Shown here piece after piece: positions 51,463 to 54,794 of a DNA stretch of 54,794 bases. Made by a program: the position numbers and the translations under genes. Position 1 is the stretch's first letter; every line of letters begins with the position of its first letter. This DNA comes from Nitrospirota bacterium (lineage in GTDB: Bacteria; Nitrospinota; Nitrospinia; Nitrospinales; VA-1). The stretch is taken from positions 1-54,794 of the forward strand of contig QJZQ01000054.1 in the NCBI GenBank assembly GCA_003246675.1, in the 5' to 3' direction. Under the pieces are notes generated by a model. The model was not told where the DNA came from. It ran no database searches and worked only from the letters and a program-made list of their open reading frames with translations.

Positions 51463-51806
51463 TCCAAACCTCCTCGTCCCCAGATGTAAACGTACGCCAC
51501 TCCCAAAATGGCGATGAACAAGACCATTTCGACCAGCCCGAACAGTTTGAGCTGGTCGAGCGCCACGGCCCAGGGATACATGAACACCACCTCGACATCA
51601 AAGATAATGAACAGCATCGCGATGGTGGCGAAACGCACGGGATAACGCCCCTTGGCTTCTTCCTGGGGGATCATACCACATTCGTAGGGGATCAGTTTTT
51701 GAGGGCTGGGGTTCCTGGGCCCCAGAATAGTGGACAGAGCCAGCAAGGCGCCGATGACCACCAGGGCAACCACGGCAAAAAGTGAGATGAAGAAATATTC
51801 ACTCAT
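51453..51806 (-). CDS. nuoA: NADH-quinone oxidoreductase subunit A
   Basis: 117 aa, three TM helices, YECG and [10 protein letters not shown] motifs. First gene of the operon. Confidence 0.93.
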   Translation of the reverse strand: MSEYFFISLFAVVALVVIGALLALSTILGPRNPSPQKLIPYECGMIPQEEAKGRYPVRFATIAMLFIIFDVEVVFMYPWAVALDQLKLFGLVEMVLFIAILGVAYVYIWGRGGLEWD

Positions 51807-51853
51807 GGTCGTGATCCAGGCGGAAGACAGGTCCCCCGCCGGAAGGAAAGATT

Positions 51854-51872
51854 ATTGATTATTATTATCAAT
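51854..51872. promoter_or_regulatory. Inverted repeat ATTGAT-N7-ATCAAT in the nuoA leader
   Basis: attgat at 51854..51859 and atcaat at 51867..51872, within an (att)n-like AT-rich patch 48-66 nt upstream of the nuoA ATG. Confidence 0.35.
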
Positions 51873-51981
51873 GTGCCTGCTAAAGGCGCATCGGAGTACC
51901 CGCTCCGGGGGAAAGCCCGGAACTCTTCATGCATGCTAGCACCCTGGCTTTCCCAACGGGCAGAAAGTCATAGGATTGGCG

Positions 51982-52009
51982 ATTATATCAGCCTTCCCTA
52001 CCCTGTCAA
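51982..52009 (-). promoter_or_regulatory. Near-consensus sigma70 promoter for the nuo operon (-35 TTGACA, 16-nt spacer, -10 TATAAT)
   Basis: On the minus strand, TTGACA is the reverse complement of 52004..52009 and TATAAT is the reverse complement of 51982..51987. This predicts a TSS near 51975 and a leader of roughly 170 nt. Confidence 0.5.
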
Positions 52010-52077
52010 TAACAGAATTGCCACCGCCTCTCAGCCCGGCCAAGGCGCTGCGAGAACTCTGTAACTCCTGTCAATAA
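52002..52077. repeat. Exact 11-mer direct repeat cctgtcaataa (52002..52012 and 52067..52077), 65 bp apart
   Basis: Both copies were read directly and the flanks differ. On the minus strand each copy reads TTATTGACAGG, so each contains a TTGACA hexamer. Confidence 0.9.
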
Positions 52078-52090
52078 AAGGCTTTTATTG
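52072..52090. other. Perfect AT-rich hairpin/palindrome caataaaa-ggc-ttttattg
   Basis: 8-bp arms (52072..52079 and 52083..52090) with a 3-nt loop. It overlaps the second 11-mer copy. It lies 150 nt downstream of the stop of the 445-aa gene (minus strand) and could be a weak bidirectional terminator or a protein-binding palindrome. Confidence 0.4.
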
Positions 52091-52240
52091 GGTCGGCTGA
52101 AAAACGGTGCGCTCTTGGGCGCTTTAACGCGGCCTTTGCGGCCCGCGCAAGGCCCGCAGGGCGAACAACGCCACATGCAGGAACGGAAACATGGAGAGGG
52201 AAGGAGTCATCCCCCGTCAACAGGCTCACCGGCCACCTGT

Positions 52241-53578
52241 TTAGAGGGGGTATTCGATATGCAGGCGGTATATGAGGCCGGTGCGGTTATCGCTGGGGGA
52301 TTCCGCATCAGGCTTGGCGAACGAGAGCAGCTCGAAGAACACCGTGTTGTCACCCTCCTTTAGGAATTTTCCGATATCGACAACGAAGGGGTCGGGGTAG
52401 TCGGCGCCGCCGTATTCCTGCCGCACCCCCACGTCGTTCACGGTGATGTGGCAGATATCGTCGGAGCGGACGAACAGTTCCGCGCGAACAAACCGGGTCT
52501 GCTGACCCGCGGGAATATGGAAACGCTGGCGGAACCTGTTCTGGCTGCCGGTTTTCGCCTCCTCCAGCGTCACCGTCTCGCGCACCCAGATCCACTGGCT
52601 GCCTTTGAGGCCCTTCCAACTCTTGTCCATCTGGCAGATGGAAGCGGTGCGCCAGAGGCTGGTGCCGGTGTCGTAATACTCGGTGTCCTTGCCGCTATTG
52701 TAAACGAGGGTTTCGGTGGGCCGGGCGCTCGGTGCGGCTTCCTTGAAGTCCACCGGCTCGCTGGCTTCCCACATCAGGTCGTTCATTTCCTGCCAGTACT
52801 CGTACATCCCGTCCTTTTTGTTGACCACCACCATGCTCGGCCGAGGGGTGCTGCGGCCCAGGTAGGGGCCGATATCGGCGATGATCATGCCGCTCCGCCC
52901 GCCGGGGTCGAGGGAGATAAAGGAATGGGAGGGAATGATATTGTACGTGTGGACGATCAGCTTCCCTGTAACGGGCGAAGCGATTTCATCATCGAGCTCG
53001 TGCTGAATCTTCTGCAGGAGCAACAGGGAGGTCTTGATTTCATTGAGAAACGTTGGTTTGCCGCCGCCCTGCCGGGTGATGAGCTCCACCACCGGCGAAT
53101 CCGGATTCATGAGCAGAAGCTTCACCGTGACGCCCGCCCGCAACTTTTCCTTGAGCAGCTCGCGGCTGGCGGTGGAAATGGAAAGCAGCGACGATCCGCC
53201 GATGAATATCTCACGCTGGGCATGCTTGAACAGCTGCTCGAACGAAGAGGCCTGCCCGAGTTCCGAGCGGTTCTTGTAAAAACCCTGAATGCCGAGACGC
53301 ACCGCGTCCGGATTGACGATCTCCCTCAGCGCGTCCTTGTACTCGCGGAACGTCATCTCGCGGAGGAACAACTCGTACCCGAGCGACACCACGCCGATCA
53401 GGGAAATCAACAGCGCGAACTCCTTGATCGGGTGCAGCCACATGCTCTCGTGGTCGAAGAGCGCATCCGCGCCGATATAGGCCGCCGAGCCCACCAGAAA
53501 AATTATCAGGGCGAGAAAGATGATCCGGTCCCGGACCCATTCTCGAATATTCAATCCGCTCTTGCCTGGATTCTGCAT
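52241..53578 (-). CDS. Orphan membrane protein: 2 N-terminal TM helices, a PLD-like (DUF5919-like, no HKD motif) middle domain, and a C-terminal jelly-roll/galactose-binding-like domain
   Basis: 445 aa. TM1 IIFLALIIFLVGSAAYIGA, TM2 FALLISLIGVVSLGY. The middle domain (REIFIGGSSLLSI...VKLLLMNPDSPVV...LIVHTYNIIPSHSFISLD) resembles catalytically inactive PLD-fold modules. The C-terminus (WIWVRE...AELFVRSDDICHITVNDVGV...GDNTVFFEL) resembles sugar-binding beta-sandwiches. No Shine-Dalgarno sequence. Confidence 0.6.
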   Translation of the reverse strand: MQNPGKSGLNIREWVRDRIIFLALIIFLVGSAAYIGADALFDHESMWLHPIKEFALLISLIGVVSLGYELFLREMTFREYKDALREIVNPDAVRLGIQGFYKNRSELGQASSFEQLFKHAQREIFIGGSSLLSISTASRELLKEKLRAGVTVKLLLMNPDSPVVELITRQGGGKPTFLNEIKTSLLLLQKIQHELDDEIASPVTGKLIVHTYNIIPSHSFISLDPGGRSGMIIADIGPYLGRSTPRPSMVVVNKKDGMYEYWQEMNDLMWEASEPVDFKEAAPSARPTETLVYNSGKDTEYYDTGTSLWRTASICQMDKSWKGLKGSQWIWVRETVTLEEAKTGSQNRFRQRFHIPAGQQTRFVRAELFVRSDDICHITVNDVGVRQEYGGADYPDPFVVDIGKFLKEGDNTVFFELLSFAKPDAESPSDNRTGLIYRLHIEYPL

Positions 53579-53704
53579 GGACTCATTATAGGGAAGTTAT
53601 GTTAGGAAATCGTGAGGGCGGGTTTCCTTGGGAAAGGGCGAACAACACCCAGCCCGATCTTACATGAAAACCCGGCAGGGCACAACGGCAATCCCCCGGC
53701 CCGG

Positions 53705-54794
53705 TCAACTGAGGCCGGACTTCCGGCGTGTCCACCATTCGAGGAAGAGCAGCCCGGCGATAAGCCCGTACGCCCCCCAGTTGTCCCACAGGGAAAAGGT
53801 CTTGCTCCGGGTTTTGACCAGAACCTCCGGGTTGTCGAAGCGGTAGTTGGCCAGATCGGTCTCTCCGCTCAACACCGTGGACGTTCCGCCGCTGATCGCG
53901 GCGATCTTTTGCAGCAGGCCGGGGTTGACCCGCGGCCGTTGAAACTCCGCCGTGTCGCCGAACACACCGAAACCGGTCTCCGCCAGGAGCGTCTCCTTGC
54001 CCCGCTTCACCTCGGCGCGGGCGGCGTAAAAACCTTTTTCTCCGGGAGCGAAACGAAAGGCGACCTCCCCATTCGCATCGGCCACCAGCGCATGCGTCTC
54101 GGGCACCCCCGCGGGAGAGCGCAGCGTGAGGGTCACCGCCTCGCCCGCCGCGGGCTGGTAGTCTTCCCTGAGCACCTGCCCCTTGATAAGCACCTCTTCC
54201 CCTTCGCGGTATTTCTCCCGGTCGGCCTCAAGCTGAAGGACCTGGGTTGCGGGGTCGCCGGAAAGCCACGCCACCATGTTGTTCCAGAACTTCTGGTAAT
54301 AGCGGCCGCTGCCGCCCTCGCCCACGCGGCGAAAATTCCAGTTCCACGACGAATCGGTGGCGATGATCGCCGTCCTCCCTTTCCCCCGCTTGGCCACCGC
54401 CAGCACGGGCTGGCCCGCCCCGCGCTCGACGAGCACCTGAGCCCCGGCTTCCGCCTTGAGCCCGGTGTTCAGGGTGCTCAGCGGCGGCAGCGAATTCCAG
54501 ATTTTCCCGTTGGCCGCATCGTCCTTTTCGAGCCTGAGAATCGGGTGGTGAAGAAAACCTTTCACCGGCTGCGACGCGAACTCCTTCTTGTCCCAGGCGC
54601 GGGCTTCGCGCAACAGGGAGACCGGGAGAATATCCTCGATGGCGGTGCGCTCATAATCCCCTCCCTGAAACGACAGGTCGCCGCCGATCATCAGGAACGC
54701 CCCGCCGTTTTCGACGAAAGCCTTGACGTTTTCCAGGTGCTTCTTTTCGATGAAGGGCGCGTACTTGAAATTCTGGAAGATCACCAGATCGAAC
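53705..54794 (-). CDS. COG5426-like membrane-anchored protein (GATase1-like domain plus Ig/beta-sandwich region plus C-terminal TM), C-terminal part; N-terminus lies beyond the right window edge
   Basis: The frame is open to the window edge (..FDLVIFQNFKYAPF..). FVENGGAFLMIGGDLSFQGGDYERTAIEDILPV is typical of the class-I-glutamine-amidotransferase-like fold found in Bat/aerotolerance-neighbourhood membrane proteins. C-terminal anchor WGAYGLIAGLLFLEWWTRRK. Confidence 0.6.
   Translation of the reverse strand, partial: FDLVIFQNFKYAPFIEKKHLENVKAFVENGGAFLMIGGDLSFQGGDYERTAIEDILPVSLLREARAWDKKEFASQPVKGFLHHPILRLEKDDAANGKIWNSLPPLSTLNTGLKAEAGAQVLVERGAGQPVLAVAKRGKGRTAIIATDSSWNWNFRRVGEGGSGRYYQKFWNNMVAWLSGDPATQVLQLEADREKYREGEEVLIKGQVLREDYQPAAGEAVTLTLRSPAGVPETHALVADANGEVAFRFAPGEKGFYAARAEVKRGKETLLAETGFGVFGDTAEFQRPRVNPGLLQKIAAISGGTSTVLSGETDLANYRFDNPEVLVKTRSKTFSLWDNWGAYGLIAGLLFLEWWTRRKSGLS

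Noticed and set aside
52069-52074. Second TTGACA (in the upstream 11-mer copy) as an additional nuo promoter
   Set aside because: At 16-18 nt downstream on the minus strand the sequence is GCAGCG-like, with no -10 hexamer. It is more likely a binding-site duplicate than a promoter.

Overview
A 54.8-kb stretch of GC-rich bacterial chromosome (GC judged by eye, not computed). It is densely packed with housekeeping genes on both strands, and the gene content indicates a diderm (Gram-negative) bacterium.

Gene content, left to right:
- A partial M24 Xaa-Pro aminopeptidase gene at the left edge. It is absent from the supplied ORF track.
- A broken SRAP/YedK gene.
- TPMT-like methyltransferase, FGE-sulfatase-domain protein, 2-hydroxyacid dehydrogenase, and TraB.
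- uvrB.
- The cell-shape cluster mreB-mreC-mreD-mrdA.
- ppiD.
- thiDN.
- An amino-sugar cluster: fis-like gene, uridyltransferase-only glmU-like gene, archaeal-type NT/LbH enzyme, glmS.
- mtaB, SAM hydroxide adenosyltransferase, smpB.
- O-methyltransferase and an EamA transporter.
- ispA-dxs-hisB-hisH.
- nhaD, comF, argD-argF.
- An MscS-like channel, tgt, small hypothetical genes, sfsA.
- A 13-gene complex I operon, nuoA to nuoM, with no nuoN.
- An orphan 445-aa membrane protein.
- A partial COG5426-like membrane protein at the right edge.

I found no tRNA, rRNA, CRISPR array, IS element, integrase or obvious genomic island. I cannot point to a convincing multi-gene novel system.

The features most worth a second look:
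1. The SRAP gene, damaged by both a frameshift and a 15-bp tandem duplication.
2. A perfect 8-3-8 palindrome placed exactly in the spacer of a predicted uvrB promoter.
3. The split, archaeal-flavoured GlmU arrangement.
4. The missing nuoN, together with a divergent NuoM motif.
5. A 465-bp AT-rich non-coding region with attenuator-like hairpins upstream of nhaD.
6. The orphan 2-TM / PLD-like / beta-sandwich protein, which may be expressed from a leaderless mRNA.

The many long ORFs in the track that lie antisense to these genes are GC-driven artefacts.
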